Part shown: positions 14,169-26,134 of the stretch, piece by piece
Position numbering within the stretch: the stretch's first letter is position 1
Layout: each line of letters opens with the position of its first letter
Origin: Haliotis rufescens
Lineage: Eukaryota
Direction: 5' to 3'
Assembly (NCBI RefSeq): GCF_023055435.1
Contig: NW_025964361.1
Coordinates: forward strand, 32,860,001-32,924,000
DNA: 64,000 nucleotides
Notes under the pieces: model-generated
Database searches by the model: none
What the model was told of the DNA's origin: nothing
The model's input: only the letters and a program-made list of their open reading frames with translations
Program-made: the position numbers and the translations under genes

Positions 14169-14927
14169 ACAGTTAAGTTGTTTGAACAAATAAATAAAAT
14201 AAGTTGTATTTAATTCTAACACTTTCTCCTACACAATTAGCATAGTGAATTGTAACTAGCCTCAGGCTAACATGTTTGCATAAGTCCCGCCAACTGAATC
14301 AAAGCATGTCAAACCAGTCTTCAAATTAGAGCCAGATTGCCAGAAACCAGTGACATTGTGGGTTTATTTTGTAAATTTAGCTATTTCTTATTTAAGAAAT
14401 ACTTCTTCCTAATGATCATAATGATTATATCTTAGAAGTGGTTGTCAAACGTCCAGATTGGTTTAAACTTGAATACAGTACATATAAAGCAGCTTCCCTA
14501 CCATGAACTTTCCACTACATAAACAAAGCACTACCTGGATCTATGAAGAGGCATTAAATTTCTTACATGAGACTTTGCTTGCTAAATTAGTCTAAAGGAG
14601 GCAAACTTGTATCATATTCCTGCTTGCCGTTATTAAAATAGCTCATCCTATGTAAAGTGAAAATAGGTATGAAGACTACCAAGTGTGTTTTTACATTTCC
14701 TCTGCGGCTGTGATGGCAGCTTACATCAGCTGACTTTAGTTGGCTTGATTGGTTTGTTTAATGATTGACCTGGAGCCTAAAGCCCAAATCAGAACTAAAT
14801 ACACAAGATATTGCCCAAAGAGCACAGGAATTTTATTTTCAGTAATTCTCATCGAGCATTATAATTTTTGCCTCATGCTGATTGTCTAGTTCATGCCATT
14901 TTTCCATTGTTTTCACTGTTTAAGAGG

Positions 14928-15079
14928 GGCGGTGGTGTAGCCTAGTGGTTAAAGTGGCCGCTTGTCACGGCGAAGGCCTGGGTTTGATTCCCCAGATGGC
15001 TACAATGTACGAAGTCCATTTCTGGTGATATTGCTGGAATATTGCTTAAAGTGACACAAAACCATACTCACTCACTCAT
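14928..15079 (+). mobile_element. tRNA(Asp-like)-headed SINE
   Basis: A box TAGCCTAGTGG, B box GGTTTGATTCC, (ACTC)n tail, TSD TGTTTAAGAGG at 14917-14927 and 15080-15090. Confidence 0.85.
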
Positions 15080-16158
15080 TGTTTAAGAGGCCCATGGGAA
15101 GGAACTTACAAGATATAATCACTTGGGACAGACAGCCCATAAATCCCCTCAGCTCAGGAATCAAACTCTAACAATCTTGAATGTATTCTGTATTTCACAG
15201 TCACTCTGTTTTTGTTGGATAATAATAAAAAATTGAAAGAATTAACTACAAATAAAAGAGAACAAAGAGAAAGCTGTCTCTGACAGATGTTATGTCTGTA
15301 CTTGTTTGTTGTTTAACACTGCACTTGGCAATATTCCAGCAATATGACGGCGGTCAGTAAATAATCGAGTCCGGACCTAATAATCCAGTGATTGACGTCA
15401 TCAGAGTTACACTGTACACACATAGCTCAGGTCTCAAAATGTGGGAACTATTGCTTGGAGGGGAGATTTTACAACACTTCATTAACCCTTTACATACTGA
15501 GTGTTTTGTTTGTTGTTTACAACTGACATCAGAAATATTCCAGCTTTATGTAAATAAATAGGCCTATAAATAATCGCGTAAAACAAACTAGTGTTTGATA
15601 TAATGAGCAACAATGACACACAATCAACCAAGACATTGAGCCTGACTATCTGATCCTTCTCTATGATGACCAGCACAGGTTGTTGGGAACCAGTTCTCAC
15701 CCAGAATCTCCACGTGGTACTGTACCCACCTTCTGATGAGTCATGCTGGATAGATTGTATGTGACAATGAACACTGATATTGTTGAGACAAATATTAACC
15801 TCTAAATCAAATGCAAATGCTGCTTCTATTAGACTACATATTAATGAATAACTCACCATTCCTATATTACTGAAAGACAGGGCAGACCTTGTTTGGCTGC
15901 TGCCAAATATGTAAATGCACAATGATGTAACTCCACATGCATGAACTTTCAGTTCATCTCGGCTAAAAATAATTGGATATCATTAACAAAAATATTAACT
16001 GTCTCAAACAAATTCGGTCTGAAATGCCAATTGGCAACATTTTCAGCAGATTTAACAGTTAATGTAGAGACTTATTAGACATGCTTATTAGAATATTTGT
16101 ACTATATTCAAGTTTCCGACTAGAGTCCAACACTGTTTAATGTTCTTTCCTTCAAATG

Positions 16159-16425
16159 TTTGTTTTTATGTTGTTCAACGCCACACTCAGCAATATTCCA
16201 GCTGTATGACGTCCGTCTGTTAATAATTGAATCTGGACCAGACAATCCAGTGGAATGACACCATGAGCATCAATCTACGCAATTCGGATATTTTGACATG
16301 CATCAATCATGTCAAGCGAGTCTGACCACCTGATCCCGTAAGTTGCCTCTTATGACAAGCATAGTTGCCTTTTACAGCAAGTATGGGTTGCTGAAGACCT
16401 ATTCTACTCCGGATCTTCACGGGTC
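16159..16425 (-). mobile_element. SINE-like retroposon family B (non-tRNA structured head), near full length
   Basis: Homologous to copies at about 21603, 29140, 34180, 37352, 39448 and 50845, and partials at about 12484, 15300, 28985, 34590 and 59615; short TSD TCAAATG. Confidence 0.85.
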
Positions 16426-17469
16426 AAATGATGTAACCTAGATGATGCTGTTGACATTCATGTTTGAAGTTAAAGGGTGCTACAACAACAGTGGCAGGAA
16501 TTAAGGAAACTACTTAAGAAAGTCATGTATGGCATTGGATACAGGGCTACAAAGATGTCTGCGATCTTGACAACCTTATGTTTTCTGAACCCTGCTCTCA
16601 GCAACAAATATTGGAGGCGGAGAGGCCAAGCGGTCAAAAGTGCTAGGCTAGCAAGCACCAGGTGCTGAGATCGTATCCCGCTAGTGACCGGGTTGTTATT
16701 CAGCTTTGAGACCAACAATGTTTACAGGTCTTTACAGGGTTGTGACTACCCCTAGTGTACAATACATACACCCTGTGCATTCAAAAGAACCCACTTGTCT
16801 GATGGTAGATGACCATGAATACATTCATACACCCGAAACACAAGTGTAAAAAAACTTGTGGTGTCACCCTGGGCACGTAGATGTAAAAACCTTCTTGCAT
16901 CCCTGGACAGCTTGGGTTGTATACTTTCCAGGGAGTTGAGAATGATAACTGGAATGCAAATGGAACCACTGGTCGGGGAACAAATAAAACCGCATTTGAG
17001 CAGATACTAGTACCTGGATACCTGCGGTATATAATAACAACAACAATAATAATAATAATAATAATAATACTTCACGGGACCAGGGAACAAACAAAACAAT
17101 GATATCCATTTTATGTTATACTGACTGGATGTCTACAGTAATAAGTCCAGGAAATATGAACCGTGAACCAATTATTGCTTCAACAAGTGGAAGGGTGAGC
17201 TAAATACCCATCATTACCTTTAGATATCTGGTGTTAATGAGAGGTGGTGACGTAAGGATCAGCTCACAGGTCCAGTTCCAGAGCCGATATTCCTCGATTC
17301 TTGGTTTAGGTATTTCTGATCCTGTGGCAAGGATAGACAGACTAAAATTATATGTCATGTTGGAATGACATAATGGTATCTGAATGTAATGGCCGATAGA
17401 TCTACAGTAGAAGACATATAACAAGAGCATGACATTAGCAGTGCTCAACATTAGTGGAGTGAGTGTGTG

Positions 17470-17692
17470 NNNNNNNNNNNNNNNNNNNNNNNNNNNNNNN
17501 NNNNNNNNNNNNNNNNNNNNNNNNNNNNNNNNNNNNNNNNNNNNNNNNNNNNNNNNNNNNNNNNNNNNNNNNNNNNNNNNNNNNNNNNNNNNNNNNNNNN
17601 NNNNNNNNNNNNNNNNNNNNNNNNNNNNNNNNNNNNNNNNNNNNNNNNNNNNNNNNNNNNNNNNNNNNNNNNNNNNNNNNNNNNNNNNNNNN
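17470..17692. other. Assembly gap (N run)
   Basis: 223 Ns. Confidence 1.
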
Positions 17693-17827
17693 TTAGCAAT
17701 ATTCCAGCAATATCACGGCGGGGGACACCAGAAATGGGCTTCACACATTGTACCCATGTCAGGAATCGAACCCGGGTCTTCGGCGTGACGAGCGAACGCT
17801 TTAACCACCAGGCTACCCGACCGCCCC
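17693..17827 (-). mobile_element. tRNA(Asp-like)-headed SINE, well preserved, tail lost in gap
   Basis: Reverse complement reads TAGCCTGGTGG...CGCTCGTCACGCCGAAGACCCGGGTTCGATTCC, resembling tRNA-Asp(GTC) arms but continuing into a non-tRNA body. Confidence 0.85.
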
Positions 17828-18016
17828 TTGTTGAGTGAGTGAAGGGTGAGTGAGGAGTGGTATCGGAGTAGGGAGTGACCTGCTTCTCATCAATGTTGCA
17901 GCCCTATCACTGCTGTACTCATAAACATTGAGAATCGAAAACTGTGTTTGGCAAAGCTACCAGACCAGTGCCTTGGTCATCTCTTGTCTGGGGTTCATGT
18001 TCAGTTTCGTCAGTTG

Positions 18017-18262
18017 GAGTGAGTGAGTGAGTGAGTGAGTGAGTGAGTGAGTGAGTGAGTGAGAGAGAGTATTGTTGAACGCTGTTTTAGACTGTATTCC
18101 AGTATCGCTGCACAGCTTAATGTGGGAGCTTAATGGTGCTGAGAAACCTAGAAACATAACTGGGGTGAAGGTGGATTTGCACCCATGATCATAGGTTCCT
18201 GATGTGCCCAAGGGATGCAACAATGCAAATTCTGGCATCAAGATGACTGGGCCACCCATGCC
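18017..18262 (-). mobile_element. tRNA(Leu/Ser-like)-headed SINE with expanded (GAGT)n tail
   Basis: Homologous to 41434-41641, 58069-58347 and 63126-63340. Confidence 0.75.
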
Positions 18263-20653
18263 TCCCGAGCTGGGTTAAGTGCCAGTTAGAACAGGGTATC
18301 AGCATTGTCACGGACTGTCAAATAAATGTGGGCGGAAAGTCTGAAGTGATACAGGTCCTAGACGTTTGCCACTGTAATGACACCTACAAGCAGAGGTACA
18401 GTGCTAAACCAAAGCCATTATCAGAGCAAATCAAACCCACAACCACAGGATCCTGACACACCCAAGGGAGTTAACTCTTCAAAGCAGATTGCTCGCCTAA
18501 GATACCTGGGCCACCCATGCAGTAGTATAGGTAAGGGGGCTGGAAGCTTGAAACCGGTACGCCCACGATGGGGCTACTCATGCCCCTTTCCTCAGTTTAA
18601 CCATTCAGGTCAGCCACACCTCAGGGTAAGGCAGCATGTAATACTGAAAAGGATGTCTCATTCATACATTACAACTCCCAGATACAGTGCTCTGTCATGA
18701 ACATTTGTAATGCTGTCGACTTTTAATTGCCCCCTATGTCCTATCAGTACATCAAATATAGCTTGTTATGGAAAAATTAAAATTTACCTTGGGCAGCTCA
18801 TGTTTCACAGATTACAAAAAAGTTCCTTCAAAGTTCCAATTTCATTAAAATCAGATCTTTGTGCTCAGTACTGCCACTATTGAACATCAATATGACGTCA
18901 CTTATAACAACAGGCCTGATAATGGCCCGTCGTCGAGCAATATGAGGGCATTATCAAGTTACAGTGGCCGGCTCATTTCTGGTAACATGTGGGCGGTCTA
19001 ATGATAATTCTATCCATTTAATGAAATTAAATACTTTCAAGCATGCTCTTGGTCAACATGTCAAAAAGGCAGTAACAAAACTTAAATACAAATATGATGA
19101 TGTCACAGTAGATTTAAGGTTATTTTCTTAAAATGCTCTTGCAATAAATGTTTAAACCAAACAGATGTTGAGAGAATATTTGCAATCAGAGCTGGCCTGG
19201 TGAGTCAGTACATCACTTTCTCATTCATTTAAATTACTACCTTGAAGTAAAAACATCATTAAGTGGCAAAGATGTGCAGACATTTACTTTTCTGTACTGT
19301 TGATATTTTTCTTAGTTTCTCATCAAGGACACTTAAAAAGTGTAACTAGGTAACAAACTCAGCTACAAGATTAGAAGGATTATGTGCTATTACCTGAATC
19401 TTCTTGTATTACCCTCCTATGTGGTAACAGGTCTTCTACAGAAGCCACTTCCATCTCTACAAAAAACAAACATGGAATATTATGTTTGAAAGTGAAAGAG
19501 TTCAGCCTCACAGAAAAGATTTAGTTTCCAGAAATTTGATGCAAGGATGAGCTAGCTACCTTTAAATAGACAGCAGATGCTACTCAAGGTACACTTAATC
19601 CAGGAATAGCTGGATCTGTGTGTTATGTCTATTCACAATTCTACTGTATGCACACAGCTTGTGTCTTGGGAACCATCAATGTTTTTTGTTGCCCAAGTTT
19701 TACCGAAGTAAACCAGTGATGTAGAAACAACATGTCCCTAGGGAAGCAGTGTTATTGTTGAAGGAAAACACACACAAGAAATGATGTACAGCTTAGGTCA
19801 CGCTTTTTTTTCACTTGCTCAACAGATTTTTTACAAGAAAATACCTGCCGGAAAGTGGGGAAAAAAAAGGCAATTCAGATTTTTTTAAATAGTTTTTTCA
19901 TCCACTCCAAGTAGGCTTGTACAAAAAAAGGAGAGCTTCTAATTGTTTATACATGAAAAACTTGTTTGTTTATTGAACATTGATGCAAAATTATTAATAA
20001 TGTTTTTTTCTTTAGAAAATGTTTGTTGGTGCAATATGCTATTAGATATTGGGGAAATTAAAAAAATGGTACAAATACAAGGTGATAAAATGGGGTTTGA
20101 TGTTGCATTCAAATTTATTTCACTCAAATGTTGCGACGTGCATGTACGTGTAGCTGATTTACTCGTCAGGACTAATGCTGTAATATAGTGCCAGGCCAAT
20201 GAGGTACTGTGCCGTAGTTTAAGATGGACTCCCCACTCAGACATAAGATACTTATGCTGAGCTAACAAGTTCTTGATTTATCCCATAAATGCCGAGGCAG
20301 GGTAACAAGAAACATGTTTTAACGTCTTTTGGCCAGAGGGTTGAACCACCACACCGACCTCCTGCTCTATCCACTAGCCCATGGAGGCAGTCTTCTGTTA
20401 CGGAGTTGTGTGCAGTGTTTTTCACTGACCAAGTATCATGTAACCATCATAGCAGGTCTGTATTTCCAGTCCCATTTCTCTTCCCATGCATGGGATTTTC
20501 TCAATATAACAAAAACGTCTGAGAATGAGAATTGCGAAATAAACCAAAAATCTCATTATCCATAGAATACTCAATGTTCTTGATAAACTAGGCATGTAAA
20601 TTACACATGTAGAAAATACAGAGTTAGGGGTTTTATTTTTTATTCTTGGCTTA

Positions 20654-20995
20654 CCGTATTCGACGTAATAAGCGCCCAGGGCGCTCTCAAAATTAGAAAT
20701 AGGGGGCTCTTATTAGAATATTACTTTGGTGGAAAAAAACAGAGTTGATAGATAAATTTTGTGGTTTATGGTGACAGCCTGAAATGTTTATGTTTGACAG
20801 ATATATTTTTCCAGAATTTAATTGCCCATAATTAAGGGTGCCTATAACACACGAGTGCATATACGCGATGAAATAAGTCTTGTGTACATTGATCAATCGG
20901 AAGGGGTGCTAATTAGGATTGTTTACTAGCCAATATATCAGCAAATATCGCCATGGGCACTTATTAGAGCGGGGCGCTTATTACGTCGAATACGG
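20654..20995. mobile_element. MITE, Tc1/mariner-pogo type
   Basis: 24-bp TIR CCGTATTCGACGTAATAAGCGCCC, TA TSD. Confidence 0.9.
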
Positions 20996-21602
20996 TATCC
21001 CCTGACCCTAAGAATCTGGATTATTGGGGAAAAATGGTTAAATATTTTCTTAGTACTGCCCAGCCTGATAATCACACTTGAAAAACTAGAGTCATCAGAA
21101 GATGACAAAATCCCCCAGGCCCCCACAATAGTAAAATGCCCCACTTTGGTCCCCGGTTAATACATGTACCAAGTTTGCATGAAAAAACCTTCACCAAACA
21201 GTTGATGTATGCTCCATGTTCACTCAAATGCTATTTATAGCTTGTTGTTGCGTGAACCCCATACAATGTTTAACATTCTGCAACCTTGAAAGTCTGCAAC
21301 CCAAGATGGATTTTTTACAAATCCTTGTAATGTGTTTATGTACATCTATAGTAATCAGCTAAGGTCAAAGACTTGCTTAAGTTCAATTGTTTAAACTCGT
21401 CATGACAACCTCTACAATCAACCTTTTTCACGCATTTTATCCTTTCGCTGTTGTCAGAAGTCCCCAAAACATTCAGTTGTTGAAATAAACAGTTTAGTTC
21501 TCTTTCATATGAATATGCCTGATCATAAACATTCATAACAATTTCTTAAAGGTTTGCTCAATTCCTAAATTTTTTAAGCCTTATCCTACCTTGTCCTTTA
21601 TG

Positions 21603-21873
21603 TTTTGTTTGTTTGTTGTTTAACGCCCCACTCAGCAATATTCCAGCTAAATGACAGCGGTCTGTAAATAATCAGGTCTGGACCAGACAATCTAGTGATT
21701 GACATCATGAGCATCGATCCACACAATCGGGATACGATGACATGCATCAACCAAGACAGCGAGCCTGACCACCAGATCCCGTTAGTCACCTAGCCTCTTA
21801 CGACAAGCATAGTCGCCTTTTATGGCAAGAATGGGTTGCTGGAGACCTATTCCACCCCGGATCTTCAAGGGTC
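21603..21873 (-). mobile_element. SINE-like retroposon family B, full length
   Basis: (TTTG)n tail; TSD CTTGTSCTTTATG at 21590-21602 and 21873-21885. Confidence 0.85.
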
Positions 21874-23275
21874 TTGTGCTTTATGAATGCTTGGCCATAG
21901 TCTCGGCCCGAGACAATGTTACAACGCGTACACTTGAGCAGACTCATGAATATAACTCATGAATATTAATTAGACCGTTCACTACGTTAACAGATCGTTA
22001 TTATAACAGAAACAAACATATGTTTTCCATGTATATCTAAAATGATATTATTTGTTATTAATTGTCTGGTGAATTAAACAATTTAAATTGAAACAATTCA
22101 TAATTCATCATATTATGAATACGTAAACTTGTAATGTGTGTGAAAAGTCGTACTAAAATACGCTATTTGAAGGGGGCGTGGCCTAAATGCAAATGTCCGA
22201 TTGGGATTTTAAATTTTCTGGACCCTTGGTCTCGGGGTATGACCAACTGAAATGAACATATCACTGTACAAATTGTGAACATATCCTTAGTATATAACAA
22301 TTCTTCTTGGAATTGACACAAATTTGTGACTCTTCTTAAGATATCCGACAAGGAAATTCTAGCATTACAGGTAATCATGCTAAACACATTCTAGAGAAAT
22401 AATTCCTTTCTCTAAATGTTACGTTATATTCAGCATGATTACCTGTAGATATCTTTGTAGATATTCTTTATCTTGAAAATTACATTCGTGAAACCAGTTG
22501 AATAAATTTTACATGGTTCTCTTTTAGCAATAAGTTTCAATAATTTTGCAAGATTTTAAGGACGACTTGGCCAACAGTAACTGATAGTAAGGCATCAAGA
22601 GTTATGTCCCTTCGATAAACCTGTCCGTGCTGATGAGACATTAGCTATTATAAAATCATAAACCACACGAGAGCGGCTTTATGAAGTAATTAATTTAACT
22701 CGTAAATTTATAGCCGAAATATCAGTGTTTTATATGATTGTAATTACCTTTAAATATACTTCATGGTTGATATAAAATTATCCACGTGTTCGTCCCAACA
22801 CAACATGACTTACTTCAGTGTTTGCTTGAACACTATGTCGATAACTTTCCTTGCTGTAATTCACTACGACAGGCTCGAAGAGACTTCAAAGGAACAACTT
22901 TGAGATCCTGCTGTGAAATCAATTACACCGTTATCAACAGTCTCCAAGTTGAAATGGACATGTTATGCAAGCCATGAACGTGTCGCTCGTGCAGCACGTG
23001 CAACCCCAGCGTCACCGCCTCAATGAATAAAATGCGGAGAAAACTTGTAATAGTGATATACTCAAAATCAAAAGTTGCTGGGTCATATTATTAATTGTTA
23101 TTTTGTGACTTTGTGAAAACAAATAACTTAAAACAGCTCTTTTTTCCCTTGTTGATTAATAGTATACTAGCTTTATATTTGGATGAAGATGCTCCAGATT
23201 CCAGAATGGCTCATGGGTGCAGATATTATGTTCTGCTCACAGGTTATTAAGAAATTTGGATTACCCCCCTTCCAC

Positions 23276-23429
23276 NNNNNNNNNNNNNNNNNNNNNNNNN
23301 NNNNNNNNNNNNNNNNNNNNNNNNNNNNNNNNNNNNNNNNNNNNNNNNNNNNNNNNNNNNNNNNNNNNNNNNNNNNNNNNNNNNNNNNNNNNNNNNNNNN
23401 NNNNNNNNNNNNNNNNNNNNNNNNNNNNN
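23276..23429. other. Assembly gap (N run)
   Basis: 154 Ns. Confidence 1.
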
Positions 23430-24699
23430 TCCCCTTTTGAAAACCAAAGGTAGTATGTTGTAGGCTGTAATTTTTTCTGAGGGACGATTTTGATATTATT
23501 GACCCCCTCCCCTTTGAAAATGTTGGATGCGCCCTTGCACGATGGCAGACTTTCAACTCTTACCCCTCCACATTTCACAGCTTGCCACATGTTTCGTCTA
23601 ATTTAGATTCACTTGGAATTTGGCAAAATAGTGTGTTTCGTTTGGCTTTAAAAAGTTAAAACTTCCTTCACTGATTAGTAGCAGCTAGCTATTTCTTTTT
23701 CCTAATTCTATTTTCGCTTTTGTACAGCACCGAGACTTCTCACTCATTGTTAAATAAGATAAGAAATATTTTGAGACGGAGACCATGTGATCATGTGACA
23801 TTCAGTGAAGAGCAGCTTCTCAACAACAAAATACACTAAATCACTACAGATTTGGATTATGTATGTTTCTCCAAAACTTTGGGCTATTTTCTCCAAAGTT
23901 TTGTGACAACATCACTAAAATTTGGGGCCATTTTACTCTGCACCCCTTTATTATGCAAACTAGCTAAAAGGTATTTTCTATGATTAAGAAATACGCACCA
24001 AATATAGAATTGCGCACGTTTAGTTGTTTTCGTTAATTAACTCTCTCAAAGATAATTTCAATGTGAGACATACACCTTTTTACTATTTATGTTCTTTCTT
24101 TATAGCAATGATTTGTTAAAAAATGAGAATACATCCGCAAATAACCAGGTCTGATTCGGACTTATTGGTCCGGGCGATAATAAATAGCCTCCGTGGTATT
24201 TCCCTAACAGCACATAACATATGTTTTCACCCCGTCAGAGTACATCATTATAGAAACGGAAATATAAGAACATATAGACACTATTACTTTATTTTTATGA
24301 GGAGTATTCATTAGTTTTGTGTACAAAATATAATTTTGCAAATACAAATTGTGTTTATGGAAGAAAAAGTATTGTTCAAATTATCAAATTAGCGTGTTTT
24401 TCTTTGATTATTATTATAATTATTATAATCGACTCTTTTATGACATTAAAGATCCATGTTAGTAAGGTTCATTAATGTTATATGTCCGTGTGCGTGGGAA
24501 GATAATACTGTTATTTGGTTTACAACCTCCTTCTTAGAACGAGTTCAAAGAAGAAATAACGACCAGATATTCCAGCCGAGTAAATGGAAAACACATGACA
24601 TTTAAGAAATGTAAATGTAGTTTATAAATACAGCTCTCAGAATTAAATGTATATGCCATTTGAGATAGAGAGCAGACGCGTGTCTGAATGAAGCTTGTC

Positions 24700-24765
24700 G
24701 TTGCTAGGATTGTATAATGACGTCATCCATCTCTGCGCACTTGTTTTGTCGCGTCATATAGCAAC
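24700..24765 (+). promoter_or_regulatory. Probable ARMC3 proximal promoter: two RFX X-box-like sites flanking a CRE
   Basis: GTTGCTAGGAT at 24700; palindromic ATGACGTCAT at 24717-24726; GTCATATAGCAAC at 24753-24765; locally CpG-rich; just upstream of a perfect donor. Confidence 0.65.
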
Positions 24766-24830
24766 AGCATCACCTAACTTCCGCCAAAGGTGAAAACATC
24801 TCTTTGGGGGATTGTTTTCTGTTTGGCTCG
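24766..24830 (+). other. ARMC3: Probable non-coding first exon of ARMC3 (5' end approximate)
   Basis: CG|GTAAGT donor at 24831; the ATG exon has an acceptor 7 nt before the ATG, so an upstream UTR exon is expected. Confidence 0.6.
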
Positions 24831-26086
24831 GTAAGTCATGTTGCATAGCATGTGTTTGTTGTGCTCGATTTTTTAACATTGTATTCATATATCGCAGCTG
24901 ATGTAACGGACCCATGCAGAACACCAATTGTCATTGAGTCAGAACGTAAACGCACTGTTGTCATGCTGTAGATCTTATTTAGCATTCGAGATTTTCGTCT
25001 GCTTATCACGGAGTTCCTTTGATCAAGGGCTTGGATCACACGATCCTCCTTCAAGTGTTCACGTGTACAGGTAAACTAAATGTTCTGCATGATGTAGACG
25101 AACGTGTAATTTAGTAATTAATGGAATTACAGAGAAGGAATATATCTGCTTTTATTCATGTATCGACTGGATACAGGGTAGTTTGTCAAATTCTTATTAT
25201 CATATTTAGGTTTTATCAAATCAAGTTTGTCAATGAATATGTATGTGTCAAGTTGGATGTACAGTGATAGTACATTAATTACAGCAGGGCTATCGCCAGT
25301 CGAATTTGGCATGGGGACATGTATCATTATATTATTTATTATTATGAATTTATGTTAAGATGTCAAATTTTGAATAATATTTGGTTAATATTGATCTGAC
25401 ACAGTTCTCTAATAGCATGGTACTCTATGTTATTGCAGTAGTTAATATATTATGGATCGTAATGGAGTACACTTACAAACCTATTGAATATGTAATACGC
25501 AAAACGTTTCTTGTTCTTTGTTCAACTTTATGAAACATCAATTCGGATTGATCGATGCTGATTTTCTTTACCAAGTTCGGTAAACAAAGTACCTGTCATT
25601 AGCGGCTCAAGGACGGGCAACTCTATATTATCGCGGCACTATTTTGTGTGGTGTGATACTTGTGGAATATGTGCTTTACATCACTTACCGTTAAGAATTA
25701 TGCATGATAAGTTTGCATATGACCTAGGTTGGGTCAAGGGACATCGTCCAAACAAATGAGTTCTTTTTTAACCAATTTTGAATTGAGGTAGGGTAATTCC
25801 ACATCAAAACATTCCAGAAACTGTCTTTAAAAAGTTAACACATATAGTTACGAGCAGCCGTGATATACAGCAATGAATCTTGTATTCTGTCAAGCGATGA
25901 AATATCATGCTTAGATTTGCATAAGTAAACAGTCGATGGGGTGTGGATTACGAGATTAACCAAAACGCAATAATATAGAGCTCGCGATAATATAGAGTCA
26001 TACTATAGGCTTTTGTTTCTGAGATATTCTACAATGTATGAAATCATGCCATGTTTATGACATATCTATTCTGTATTAGATTCATA

Positions 26087-26134
26087 ATGGGGAAGAAGGT
26101 GAAAGAAGACAAGAAAGCTCCTCCAGAGGATGTG
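26087..26134 (+). CDS. ARMC3: ARMC3 coding exon 1 (MGKKVKEDKKAPPEDV)
   Basis: Acceptor tattag ends 26079; ATG 26087; donor GTAAGT 26135. Confidence 0.92.

Noticed and set aside
17693-17827. tRNA-Asp gene
   Set aside because: No proper acceptor stem or terminator; it continues into a SINE body, and diverged copies with TSDs occur elsewhere in the window.
17429-23590. ORFs spanning the N runs
   Set aside because: Artefacts of assembly gaps.
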